A stretch of DNA of 63,712 nt, filler included, from Rhabdomonas costata (GCA_019059605.1; 33 parts of 33 records of this genome joined end to end with filler, not necessarily neighbours in it); one strand, 5' to 3'; counted from the first letter of the whole stretch, positions 1 to 12,402 are shown. The notes: generated by a model not told the origin, from the letters alone. Program-made: numbers and translations.

Positions 1-3000
1 TTTGTTGCGTGATTGCGAGGAAGTGCACTCTCCAGAAGTGGAGAGGTTCTTCCAATGGTTTAACCACCAGGGGGCAGGCACTGACTGCCAAGAGAGAGAA
101 ATACGACACGGCAGGGCATCCCACTTTCTGCGACAGTTCGGGCGTACACACCAAAGCGCTGAAAGCCCACCCGCCGCGAGGACAGCCGCGCGGCGAACCA
201 CAGCGAGACGAAACATTCAGCGCGAGGGGAAAGCTGGAAGGGAAGGGAAAAACAAAGAAAGAGAGAGAGAATCCACAGAAAAGAAAATAGATGCGGGCAC
301 GGACAGTTACGCAAATACGATGATGAAAGGGTTCAAGCTGTTCAAAAGAAAAAAGAAAATAGGGAAATTGGGAAGGAGGGGGACGGTCGAAACATTTGAA
401 AGGACTGCTCTTTCAAACGCGTAAGGAAAATCACACGGAAAAATAGGTACTCGTGCAATAGTACTAAAACACGGAGGCAGGGCTTGAAAGTTGGCGAGCA
501 GTCGGCGAAAGGCAACGGAGCGGCAGCGGGAAGGGTCTGAAATAAGACCCATGGGTTAGACTTTGCTTCAGGACTTGTGCCAGGAAAAATGGCAACAGAT
601 TCTGCATGATGATAAAGAACGTTACACCGTAAACTCAGAACTGCACCACAACATACGGCTGGGTTTAAACCCTATCTCTACGTACCCTTCCCCACAACCA
701 GCCGGTTACAGAATTCAGAATTCGCTTCAAAAGATCAACTCAAGCACAGAATCACCGGGAAAAAGCGCGCCGCAGTAATCTTTTCGAAGCACCCGATATA
801 CTAACTGCTTTTTAGGTCCACCACCAAGAAAACTTTCCGGGTTCATTACTTAACATGTCCCCAGACAACGGCATTTATAAACGCTACAAAGACGTCGAAT
901 GGAAAACCGTCACATACCATATTCTGAGTTTCCGGGTGTAACTTACCTTATGTACGTGTACTTTTGTTACAGGGTTCGAATGGGGAGCTGGGCACAATGT
1001 GAACCATATGGAAAAAGATGTTTTCGAGCATCCGCGAAATCCTAACGGATTGAGAAACTGCACTTCCAGCCGGAGTTGGGTTTTCAAGACGCTGTCAGGT
1101 GGTTGGGTGCGGAAAGGGGTGACCTCGGCCTATTGAACAATTCTTGTCTGTGGACCGGAAACAAAAACCGCAGCACTTGGCACTTTGCTATACTGCTGCA
1201 ATGCAAAGATTTGTCCCATGATGACGTTCCCTTTTGTTCTTTCTTCAAGCCTCGAGTGCACGCGAGAGAGAAACGAGAATGTAACCACCGCTAAAAAAAC
1301 ATGCTGTGCTTATTTGTAAAAAAAACAAAGTTCGTTACAACCTGAAATCCCTTTTCCATCGAAAGCTTCTGTTTCATGCCAACAACACGACGGTACGACA
1401 CAGCACAGCTGTCTTCGGAGTATCATCTCTGAAAGGGAATGCGCACCCCCCAAACATCTTTTCAGAAGGAGCGAGGTGACCTCTTTGGATCACTTTCTCC
1501 CTCCCATTCGCCATCACTCAGCTCGGAGTCGGCTCAGAGTCGCTAGAAGAAACAGCCCTAGGGGTGCGCCAGGGACGTGGCACAGCCCAACTCAACCCAC
1601 CCTCCCACATACACAATACACACAGAACTCCATCCCCAAAAGCTTGCAAATTGTTCTTCTACTGGTACACTTGCAATGTCCCGCATCTCACATATCCCTT
1701 CAGAGGTCCGCCCGTATGATGGACCTTGCGGATACATGCACATACGCACCCTCCAACAACCCGACCAACGACAAACCACCCTCACCACCGCTCCCGTCCA
1801 CCCCCTTCCTTCCACCGTCACAAAGACCCAACACAANNNNNNNNNNNNNNNNNNNNNNNNNNNNNNNNNNNNNNNNNNNNTTAATTAATTAANNNNNNNN
1901 NNNNNNNNNNNNNNNNNNNNNNNNNNNNNNNNNNNNGGTTTTTCCATGTTTGCTTGGCAAGAATGCAAAGAAATGCATGCTGTATGCGTAGAACAGGTGC
2001 CGGATTCACTTTTTTTAGCATTTGCTTTTGGTCAACATCTCCTCCAGGGTGAGCGAAATGCCCTCACAGTGGTCCTTTTCCACGTGCGGAGTGCTCAAGA
2101 AACTGAAGTGTACTTTGCAGCTAAACGTATCGAGAAATGCAGTGGATCGAAAAACAGTGTGATCCGAAATTCTCTTGTGCAACGGGGGTTCCGCCGGGTT
2201 TATGTAATGAAGAGGTTCCTGCACCTGACGTCAAAAATTCTCAGGTGGTGTTCTGAAATTAAACGTGATCCGATATTATATTCAATATAAAGCAGGTTAC
2301 ACCGTAAAGTAAGAACTTACGGTTTGGCGGTAAAAACAACCAACGCCGAAAGAGGCCACCGATTGAAAGTCACGGTGAATAAACTTCATATCGGAATTCG
2401 TTGCACACTATTCTCTTACTTTGTGGTGTTTCCTGCTTTACGTATATAAAAACCCTTGGGGAGCTGCTGGGTTGGATTTGGGTTGGGGAGGGCCCTTTTG
2501 TGTGATTCTGAGATGCTCCCGGATGCCATTACAACTTTTGGGTTAGGTCGCAGGCAAGACACACAAGATAGCCAAGCTACCCAGTGCATCCTCGGGTGTT
2601 TCAGCTTCCGTGAAAACAAATACATTTCACAATTTACACCAACTTAAGCTATCATTTGAAAAAAAAAACTCACATTAAACACCCATGAAAGATTGGCATT
2701 GCGGGAGATAAGGTCGGCGTGTGCCCCTGGTTCGACAGCAGACTGAAGGCCTACCTGCCTCCATTCCTCTCCAAATAAAAATTGCAAAAAATTCCATAAT
2801 TTTCTCGTTCTCCTTGACAGAGGTCTCTTGTTATGGCATGCCATAGTCCTTTCGCTGAAAACTTCTGGCTTACACCATGAAAACTCAATTTGCTCAATCA
2901 ATGTGGTTTGTTTTGTCTTTCTTTGCAAAGGCAACCTCGCGCAAGCTTTGCGAAGGCGTGCATGGCTGTGTGCGCAAAAAACGTCGTCAGCGATATCCTA

Positions 3001-3349
3001 ATGAAGAGGTTGATCTTTCTGCAGCTACGTACATCGGGGCAGCTTCTAGCCAAAGTTTACCTCACAAGTAAGTTTTTTTAACAACTTTATTATGGTTTCT
3101 GAAGTGGGAGTAAGTGTATTAAGGCATTTCTATTTCACAGCTCCAGCTTACAGCAATGGGGAGGTGTAAAAGTGTGTCCTCCACATCATTAACCTCAACT
3201 CTTCGGTTTCGAATTGCCACAGTTCTTTTTGTCTGGCTCTCTTCGCTAGGTTGAAACTGAAAACATATGCTTCGTGTACGGAACTAAAGAGCGAGAGAGA
3301 TAAAATGAACACTTCCCCAGCATGACTACACTCTACTCTCGATTCAACT

Positions 3350-3712
3350 CTTTTCCAACCACGTTGGAAAACACTGTAGCCCACCGCCGCCTTGCTCGGA
3401 GATTTCCAGTGGACCCCAAAAAAACGTTCCCATTCCCATTCTATCTCTGGCATCTGATCGTGAGCTCTTTCAGCGAGGGATAACAGGGGGCTTCAACCCA
3501 CTCTGGTCTCACCAAAGCAGCCGACATGTCAAACATTTGGAATGCTGCTCCAGTGTGGGTTGGCGTACAGACACACATCTGGGCTCCATCTGTAAGCAAA
3601 CTCCCAGCAAATTCCCCATTTCTCTCGTCTAGAGCACGACGCAAACAAATCGATACCAGGAGTCACCAACAAATTCTAGCACATTCCTATGAAAATCGTA
3701 GGTTCTGAATCT
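3350..3712 (-). mobile_element. Decayed DIRS-type retrotransposon Dam-like N6-adenine methyltransferase domain
   Basis: Minus strand reads EPTIFIGMC*NLLVTPGIDLFASCSRREKWGICWEFAYRWSPDVCLYANPHWSSIPNV*. After a frameshift it reads AALVRPEWVEAPCYPSLKELTIR, then RRRWATVFSNVVG. The motif order matches the DIRS1 MT domain (P.IDLFAS ... AF..DW...LYANPPW/F ... LV.P.W....W.P.L). It contains stops and frameshifts. Confidence 0.7.
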
Positions 3713-4319
3713 AAGACCACCTGGGAAAGCGTTGGAACACGAACAAGCAACGAATCGAAACTTCACCCACACACNNNNNNNNNNNNNNNNNNNNNNNNNN
3801 NNNNNNNNNNNNNNNNNNTTAATTAATTAANNNNNNNNNNNNNNNNNNNNNNNNNNNNNNNNNNNNNNNNNNNNGTTTTCGAATCATGATGCAAAAACGG
3901 GCGCCTCGAATGAAAACCCTATGCAAAATGCTCCTGCCAAACTTGGAAACTCCTATATTTCAGACCTCCACTGTTCTGGATGTCTGTTGTTCTTGATTTT
4001 AAACGGGTGAAAATTTTCAAAGTTCAGAAATTCCGACCGGGTAAAACCAGCTGCTTTGGTCCCTCTCTATATCTACGAGAAGATTGTAATAAGTACGGGG
4101 TGAATCCAGGGAGCTCACTAAATATCTGCTAAGATTGTAAGATTGCACGATTGTACCCGACTTTGGAATGTCCGGGGTCGGATTCGAATCCATGGATCAA
4201 ATAATAATAATAATACTGCAATAAATTGTAATAAATAGAACCACTGAAAAATGTTTTAGAAATACAAATCATCCAAACAGTAGTCCGATAGGGAATCCTA
4301 AAATACGCTTGCGTATCCA

Positions 4320-4423
4320 ATGGGCGGTGGAGCTTCCAAGGAGCTGGATCTCAATGCCAGCGGTACCATGGATAGAGAGGAGTCTTTTGATGAAGTACAG
4401 ACTCCAGAGTGTTGCTTCGTTCG
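4320..4423 (+). CDS. Candidate first exon of an N-myristoylated protein with an EF-hand-like loop (partial)
   Basis: ATG at 4320 gives MGGGASKELDLNASGTMDREESFDEVQTPECCFV(R), ending at a CG|GTATGC donor. It has an MGxxxSK myristoylation pattern, and DLNASGTMDREE fits DxNxSGxxDxxE. Confidence 0.4.
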
Positions 4424-6869
4424 GTATGCTTCTTCCTTTCTGTCGTGTTCACAAACTGGTGTACCAGTTTGTGTCTTTCAACTACTTCGGTGAACCGACG
4501 TCGGACTGTAATTCAGTATCTGTCATCCCACCTTGGTGTGGCTCCTCTTCCGCGTAAAAGTCTTCTACAGTCTTCTGTGCATATATTCTTTTTTGGTTTC
4601 GTTTTTCGATGCAACACTGGAGTCGCCAGGGTTAGGGGTTTACATTCAAAGACTGGGGGGAACCCTAGGCAGGTTATTTTAGAAGGGGGTTGGGTGAACA
4701 TTGCCAGTTCCCCCACAAAATGGGCTGTTTCTTGATCCTGGGCGGCCAAGCGCGGAGTTGCGCTCGGCGACCCAAGATACTTCCCCAGGGTGTTAAACGC
4801 ACCCATTCGATCTGGGAGAATTATGAAATGAGGTTCACTGAGGATGAATCACATTGAGGATGTTTGCGTCTCTCAGAATGAAGTACGTTGCTGTCGTCGA
4901 AATACGATAGATGTCATCATGGCATCAAAGAACAACGTTTGCTCATTGCCTTGGAAATGCCACCCACCTTCCCTGTCTTAGGGGCGTACAGTGAGCACCT
5001 TCGGGCAAGCACCTGGCCATCATCGTGGCAACGCATCCACTGTTTCTAAGAAACTTGAGCAAGGGTTAAAGTTACCGAGGCCCTTGCCCTGGGTTTCCCC
5101 GAGCCAAACCGAGATTCCCTCCACAGCCGCGTCATTTAATTTAGAGCCCCCATGAAGCCCCCATGGGCCCATGGGCGCCCTTGTTGCACCAGCCCTTTAG
5201 CTTGCGTCTGCACCGCCGCAGTGCAAACAAAAGACGACAGTGTTTATCACCTTTCTGTCACCTTCTAAAAGACGACAGTGACAAGAAAAGTCGAAAGCGT
5301 TACAAACAACTACTTATTGGGCTCGCCTCTGGAAAAGGCTTCCCCAAATTTGCACCTTCTCTGTCGATTTTTTCAGAGATTTTCGGTCGCGGTTTTCTCG
5401 CAAGTTGAAGCCCTTGAAGCCGAACTTCAGGCAGACACCACCACTGCTTTCAACGGGTCTTCGATTGGCACGTTACTGCATGCAGGTACTTGTCTTTTTG
5501 TTGGGGTGGTGGGGGGGTTGTACCAGGATATATTTGTTAACGCAAAGCGAGGTTTTACTTTTCTCTTTTCTCTTCTTTTGGGAAACTTCCATCCATCTTC
5601 CTCTCTCCTCCCTTCTAAAAAGCAAAAAGCAGGCAAAAAGCAGGCATTTAAAAAATTAGGTTTAAATTTTTGTTGGGTGCTTCATTGGGAGGATGAACAC
5701 TGTGACAAANNNNNNNNNNNNNNNNNNNNNNNNNNNNNNNNNNNNNNNNNNNNTTAATTAATTAANNNNNNNNNNNNNNNNNNNNNNNNNNNNNNNNNNN
5801 NNNNNNNNNTGTGTGGACAGAGAGAGAGAGAGAGAGAAATGCTTTTCCGTTTTTTCCGTGGGAAGTCGATTGGTGGAGCCCAAAGTGTGGCATGAGTAAG
5901 CTCTGCCTGCAGGGAAGTTATTTTTTCAAGAGCCTCCCTCTGGAAATGGAAACCACATTGAACGCAGTTCGTATAACGGACAACTCTGATGTCATGAAAA
6001 GCTGCTGCTCGGCTGGCTGTGTTTTCGGCTGTGTTTTTCCATTGGGGATAATTCACTCGAACTCACGTGTATTGCAGTCGAGAAGCACACCCCAAGAGGA
6101 AGCCCACTTGAGGCAGGAATGCCAGGCTGCCTTGGGCCGGTAGTCGCACGCAGCAAGGGACTGAAGATGACATGAACGTTTTGTATGTATATGCGGTATA
6201 GGTGACCTAGACGGGCCCCAAGGCGCAGAAAAGAGCACAGCCAAAGTCAAGGGAAGTAACCGTCCTTGATACACTGTAGCAGTGAAATCAAATCAAACAA
6301 AGTAAACATGGCTAAAAGTGAAAGAAACCTCCTAACCCGAGGAAAGTTGGCTGGGGGGCCCCCCCGCATGTGCACGTCGTCCTAACCCCCTGCATGGAAA
6401 ATATTTTTTCTTTGGGCCCATCTAGTGCACCGCTGCCGTATATGCTTATGCGTCTGCCCTCTTGAGCTACCGCGAGTCTCTCTGAAAATACCCCATGACG
6501 AAAAGATGCGGTTTTGTCTTGGACCCCATTTCCCCATTCGCACCTGATTTGCTTTTTACGATCCTTACTTGCCTGAGGTCGGATCCAGCGGAAGAGAACA
6601 GGTTCCCCATCTTTTCCATCTATGTCAGGGCTATTTCAGTTGTCTCGATGAGGGTTCTACCTCGATGCCGCTACGGTTTCGCTTCGCGCGCGACGCGGAC
6701 CTTGCCCCCTGTCCCATCTCATGGGAGGTGTAGTGCGTTTGTGGGCGTATCCTGTGCGAGTTTACAGCTAATCAGTGTGAAATCATGTATAGTTTTCCTC
6801 CCTTCTTTTTGTACATCGACTTCTTGCTTTGGAACCCGTCCCACCCCCAGCCCAATTCATAAGATGAGA

Positions 6870-7630
6870 TTTCATATCTGGCACAGCATGATTCCTGTAC
6901 CTTGCTCGATGAAAGGTCTCTTGGAGGGTTTTCTTTTCCACACCGCCGTTGTCGGGAAACAAAACTCAGGTCAAGACTGGTTTGGGGGCGATGTCTGATC
7001 CCGTGCGCGGCTGGTGCCGCATGGATTTATGCGATGCACACTTTCTCCTTTGATTCGTAACTTCCGGTTTCCAATGGAGCGGGTGTTGTACACCGGTGAC
7101 CCGGCGTTTGCAAAGTGCAGGACATTCATGAGTAGGACAGGATGGGGGCCCTTGTTTCTGCAGGGTACACAACGTGGCAGGACAACGAGTCGAAATCAAG
7201 CGATATGTTCGTTGGGAATTCCGCATGGGGGCGAATTCCCCATCTCTTATCCCCCGAATGACGTCGTGAGATGGGCAACTTCCGAGACTTGGTGGAAAAA
7301 GAGCCAGAGGAAGGATCGCAAGATCACGAGTAGGGACAGTATCAGAGTGTGAGTCAATGTGAAGACGGTATGAGAGGGTATTTAAAAGTGTGTAGGCATG
7401 TGGAGAGGCATGGGGAATGAGGCAGGTGCGGGAGAAGGCGTCGGCAGAATTGAGGGTAGAGCGAACACGGGCGAATTAAAACCTCATGTGCGAAGTCGCG
7501 ATTGATGCCGACGCCGAAACCCGCGATCTCACCGAAAATCCGTGCATTCGCCCAAAACCGTTTGAGCATCGTGAGCGCTTGATCTCGCCTTCCCCATGGA
7601 TGTCGTGCCAACGAAGACGCGACCCACCAA
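6870..7630 (+). mobile_element. Possible highly degenerate reverse transcriptase/RNase H relic of a DIRS-like element
   Basis: Frame-broken fragments DEISYLAQH...GGFSFP...KLRSRLVW, WCRMDLCDAHF (RT motif A-like), SGFQWS (PFG motif-like), ALVSAGY and VVPTKTRP occur in the expected order. No intact YxDD was seen. Confidence 0.3.
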
Positions 7631-7744
7631 CCCACCCCCAACACNNNNNNNNNNNNNNNNNNNNNNNNNNNNNNNNNNNNNNNNNNNNTTAATTAATTAA
7701 NNNNNNNNNNNNNNNNNNNNNNNNNNNNNNNNNNNNNNNNNNNN

Positions 7745-9458
7745 CAGTGGCGGAGCTGGTTTCTGAGAATTTGGCGCTGCAGCGGTTCAGCACGGGGAAG
7801 CAGTCCAGGGTAAGGTCAGCTGAGTTTCTGCTCAAGGATCATTTGTACAAGTACGCCTTTTACGAGGGTGGGAGTGAGCGGTTGAGGCTGTAGAGTCGTT
7901 TTCGTCCTTTTCTCCTTGGTTTCTGTTGTGCAGGTACCAGGGCCATGTCTCCGCTGCTTTGATTCTTGGTGTGTTTTCTCGTTCGAAGAGGGAGTGGGTT
8001 TACTGGACCGTTAGTTTCCATAAGTATTCATAAGTATTCGGGTAGTCGGGTATTCAGGTAGTATTCGTGGTGTAAGTGTAGGGCAGTTCGCCGTGTGGCA
8101 GTAGGTGTAAGGCGTGATCGAAGGGCATGTCTGTGGTGGGTTCCTCCGAGACTCGCGTGGGGGCCCGGTATGGAAGCCCTCTCTTCGGCCTCTTTTGCGG
8201 TTGACTTTTGTAACCACAATTCACGGTAAGGTGTTGTGGGTGTGGAGGAAATTGATTTAATTCCCCCCCCCCGCTACCCCTTTCACGGGGCTTCATTCGT
8301 CTGATGCCGGCCGTTTCTCCCCTTTTCCACTGCACACACTGTTGCTCTGATCGCAAAACGCTCAGGTGGTGTTGATGTGGGCGGGCCCTACCTTTGCGAG
8401 GTTCATCCTCACGGAAGCACGGCGCGGGTGCCCTTCGCTGCGCAAGGGTCGGGCTCCTTGGCTGCGATCGCTCAGCTGGAGAAGGAGTACAAGGATGACC
8501 TGACGGTGGAAACAATCCCACTGCACCCTTCATTTCGTGCACGCAGACACACACACAGCCCCCACATGCACCCGATAGCTTAGTTTTGGGCATTCATTGG
8601 CTTTCCTCACTCCTGCTATGGTTCCAGTTACCTTGAACTCCATCAATAGTGTAACAGTGTTGCTGCTCGAACTACAACCGTAGGCGTAACATCCGTTGTT
8701 TCTTCATGTTCATTTGTCCGGCGGGCTTTCTATTTTTTGTTTGAAGCAGCTGAAGCAGCATTTTTTTTCTTGTTTTTGCAAATACGCCGGTGCGAGTTTG
8801 GTGGACCTGTGAAAACTTGGAACATGAACTTTGACTTTATGCAAACGACTTGGATTGGTTTTTGGGGAACGGGTACGTGCTGTTGAGTCTAATTCGCGGC
8901 ATTCAGTGGACAATAAAGACGGGAAGTCTCGTGCCTCCATGTCGCATGTTTGCTTGACACCCATGTAATCTCCCAAGGAACAAGAGGCCATTGACTTGGT
9001 CCATCGCGCAATTCTGCGGGGCATTTACGAGGACCTTGGTTCTGGAGGGTGTGTGGACATCCGCGTGGTGCGCAAGGTGTGCCCTCCAGTCTTTTCGACA
9101 CACACACATATACCGTTTTTGGATTTTTGGTTTTTTGGTGGTGTTCTCTTGGTCTCCTCCTGAGAAGTACCATCGCGACCGCTTCAGTGTAATGAGCACC
9201 CAGGCTTGCCCAGGCCATGCCCTGTTGTGCTTTGCGTTCCTCGTCCCAACTCGTCCCAATCGTCCAAGAGACATCCTCCAAGGGATCCACCTCTTCTCCT
9301 GTCCGCGACAGAAAGCTTGCGGGTGATCCCTCTTCATTATTAATATTGGTTGCTGTTGTGGGCTCAGGACGGATCCGAGTATCTTCGGCTGATGGACAAA
9401 CCCAACGAGCGCATGTTCACCAAGCCAACTCCAATGACCTTCCCGCGGGGCTCTGCCG
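7745..9458 (+). CDS. PSMB7: 20S proteasome subunit beta type-2 (PSMB7/PUP1 ortholog), partial, 5 exons
   Basis: Exons <7745-7850, 7934-7968, 8366-8505, 8978-9076 and 9368-9458, all GT-AG with compatible phases. Spliced peptide: VAELVSENLALQRFSTGKQSRVRSAEFLLKDHLYKYQGHVSAALILGGVDVGGPYLCEVHPHGSTARVPFAAQGSGSLAAIAQLEKEYKDDLTEQEAIDLVHRAILRGIYEDLGSGGCVDIRVVRKDGSEYLRLMDKPNERMF. Confidence 0.93.
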
Positions 9459-9574
9459 GTGTGGCCTGTTTGCAGTTTATGAAACAAGTAGAATTCTTCG
9501 GGTCGGGTCTTTGGAGTTGGCTTGGTGAACATGCGCTCGTTGGGTTTGTCCATCAGCCGAAGATACTCGGATCC
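9371..9574. repeat. 64-bp inverted repeat at a contig end (fold-back amplification chimera)
   Basis: 9371-9434 is the exact reverse complement of 9511-9574. It copies part of a proteasome exon and ends 4 nt from the contig end. Confidence 0.85.
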
Positions 9575-10007
9575 AACCNNNNNNNNNNNNNNNNNNNNNN
9601 NNNNNNNNNNNNNNNNNNNNNNTTAATTAATTAANNNNNNNNNNNNNNNNNNNNNNNNNNNNNNNNNNNNNNNNNNNNGGTTTTTGGGGTGGTGTTCTTA
9701 CAGGTGTGGTGTGTGTGAGGAAACAATGGGAACCCGCAAAAGCGGTCTCAATGATCTTAAAAGAACTAAAAAGACACACATGAGCAGAATTTCAAAGGCA
9801 AAACGAACGAACGGAAACGCACACGCATCCCTGCGCAGTGGCAACACAAAATGACGCAGATAGATTGCAATGCCAAGTGGACCCATTGCCTCAGCAGCTA
9901 ATGACCTCTTCTTCCCATCCAAAAGATCCACAAGGGACTCTTTTCACGTTTCTCTCTGTTTGGTCTGACGTGCTGTGGTTCGTCCGCTCGGCCCCCTCCC
10001 CGTACAG

Positions 10008-10804
10008 ACTTCAGCAAGCTGGAGGCCTGCCGGCTAGAGCTGGAGATCCAGCCCTTCAGCGTGCGCGAGAGTATGGAGTACGCCGCCTCGGTGGTGCAGG
10101 TCAAGGCGGACCAGAAGGGCCTGGACCTCACGCTGTGCGTGATGGCAGACGTCCCCGAACGCTGCGTGGGAGACGGCGCGAGGCTCTCTCGGATCGCCCT
10201 CAACCTGCTCAGGTGTGCACAGAAAGCGGGAGAGATGCGAGACGGGCTCTCTCTCTCTCTCTCTCTTTGTCAACATTGATGCCTCTCGTCATCTTTCAGT
10301 TCGTGTGTTTTGAAGGGCTAGGGTTAACCAGGAGGTATTCATCGGCCTCTACGGGATTCTTCTTTGCTGCGCTTGCAGAGAAAAGAAAACGTTAAAGGAA
10401 TTTTTAGTCCGAGAGTTGCAGTAGGAATGGAGCGACCTGAATTTTTGGCCTCTCCACACCCATTGCTGACTGAAAATGTTGCCGTTGTGTGTGCATGCGA
10501 ACATGATTTGAGCCTTCCCCGTGTAGTTTATAGCAAATGCTTTTTTTTTACTGCGGGATTAGAAATTGTTTTAAAAAAGTAAGAACTTCTTACAAGGAGT
10601 TATTAGTCATCTCCATATATTCTCGCGTCTTTCCCTTTATCACAGCAATGGGGTCAAGTTCACCCCCTCGGGGATGGTCTCCCTAATATGCCGCGCTGAC
10701 CATGCTGGCCAGAATGTCGTGATTGAGGTGAGGGACACTGGGATTGGACTCTCGCAGGAGGCCATGTCCCGGCTTTTCCAGCCTTTCGTGCAGGCCGACG
10801 CGAG
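10008..10804 (+). CDS. Sensor histidine kinase (end of HisKA plus HATPase_c), partial, 2 exons
   Basis: Exons 10008-10212 and 10646-10804 with a GT-AG phase-2 intron. Peptide: DFSKLEACRLELEIQPFSVRESMEYAASVVQVKADQKGLDLTLCVMADVPERCVGDGARLSRIALNLLS/NGVKFTPSGMVSLICRADHAGQNVVIEVRDTGIGLSQEAMSRLFQPFVQADA. N box, G1 box (DTGIG) and F box are present. Confidence 0.95.
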
Positions 10805-11613
10805 GTAGGCAGAGCCTCCGCTCTCCATACACACCCACAAATGCACAATGCACACAGTCATAAATACATAATAATAATGATTTGGGGAAACACCTGAGAA
10901 ACACCTGGGAAACACCTGAGTGACCACCGCAGCGGATTTTATAGAAAAAATAAAACAGCGGATACACCTGCTGCCTTTTAATACATCAATTGATGAAAGC
11001 GTAATCTATTTTTCCCTCGTAAACGAAACAGAATGGAGAAACATCATCCTAAGCGTGCATGGCACACGCACATGACAAAAAGTGAACGGCCCCAGCCCTC
11101 CTCGCTGCCACACACACAAACCTGACCCAGAGTGTGTCGTACGATGCCACGTGCACCACCCTATATCCCAACCTTATTGCTCATGAACATTGTTTTGGAA
11201 AATCACCCTTTCATCAAGTTTCGGGCCACAAAACCACTCCCGCCCCTCACAAAACGACGATCGCAAAGCCCCTCAGGTCATGAACAGGCAGTAATACCTT
11301 TACCCATGAGCCCCCAGTAGTTTGTCGAGGTCGCAACCCAAACAGTCATTTCAGTGCGGTACGTCAGCTCAGAGTTCACATCGCCAGTACACATCCATGT
11401 GCACCGCTCGCGGCGGTGAGCCGATTCCACGATACCGTTCGCTCCCAAGTTACCTACCTCTGGTGTGTATCCATGACCAACAGCTTGGGCGCCCGTCAGG
11501 TAGCAGCCTGTCANNNNNNNNNNNNNNNNNNNNNNNNNNNNNNNNNNNNNNNNNNNNTTAATTAATTAANNNNNNNNNNNNNNNNNNNNNNNNNNNNNNN
11601 NNNNNNNNNNNNN

Positions 11614-12402
11614 GCCCTGCTCCAGAGGCTCCGCAGGTCAGCCCGTGGGTGGTGGTGGGCCTGGGCGGTGCCCCCGGCACTAGCCCTGCCGCTGCCAACA
11701 CCGCTGGGGAGGCTGAGCGGGGTGGGTTTGTGGTGTGGCCGTACGCGGGCTACGTGGGCCAGGAGGCTTCTGGGGCTTCCGGCGAGCCGATGATGTTTGC
11801 AGCGTGTGGCCTACCCGCGAATCTACCTCCAGGTGCGAGCATTCCTGCAGCGATACATTGGGTACACAATCACTTGATTGTTGGGTAACCCTGCCCAATA
11901 AAAATAGGCCCAATTCTCCTCTCCCTTCGGTGAGAGGAAGTGGCAATACCTTTTGTCACAGTCATGGACCTTATTGCATCCGCAACACGCCAGTTCGAAA
12001 AGATTCCTTCGAAAAGCTGGCGCATTCTTTTTTCGTAGTCCTCCTGAGTGCAGGCGGTATCAAAGGGCGACGCAAAAAACTCCTTGTGGCCGTGTCCTAT
12101 GCTGCTTTCGCTGATTTTATTCCTCGGGTAACTGGGTAAGTCGAAAACCAGAGTTTTGAAAAGGGAAAACCAGAGTTTTGATATGTTGATAACACCCGCA
12201 TTTTATGCACGTATGTATTGGCTCTGCTGGAGGTTTCCATTTCTGTCACTGTGCCACAGAAGCTTGGACCAGTTTTGCGTACTCGCCATTCGGGTGGAGC
12301 CCCCAGGCCCCCTGCTCCGGGGCGTCCACTGCAGCTTCTCCGGTGACTTCCATGGGCTTCTTCGCAGCACCGGTGGCGACAACGGGCAGCAGTGGTTTGT
12401 AG
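11614..12402 (+). CDS. Hypothetical Pro/Ala/Gly-rich protein, last two exons
   Basis: Exons <11614-11832 and 12260-12402 joined by a phase-1 GT-AG intron. The exons are GC-rich and end ...ATTGSSGL*. Confidence 0.6.

Noticed and set aside
9371..9574. Long hairpin pairing an exon with its downstream intron (possible splicing regulator or siRNA source)
   Set aside because: Perfect identity, position at the contig end next to primer-like sequence, and two similar cases (19138-19244, 50291-50444) indicate fold-back chimeras from amplification.
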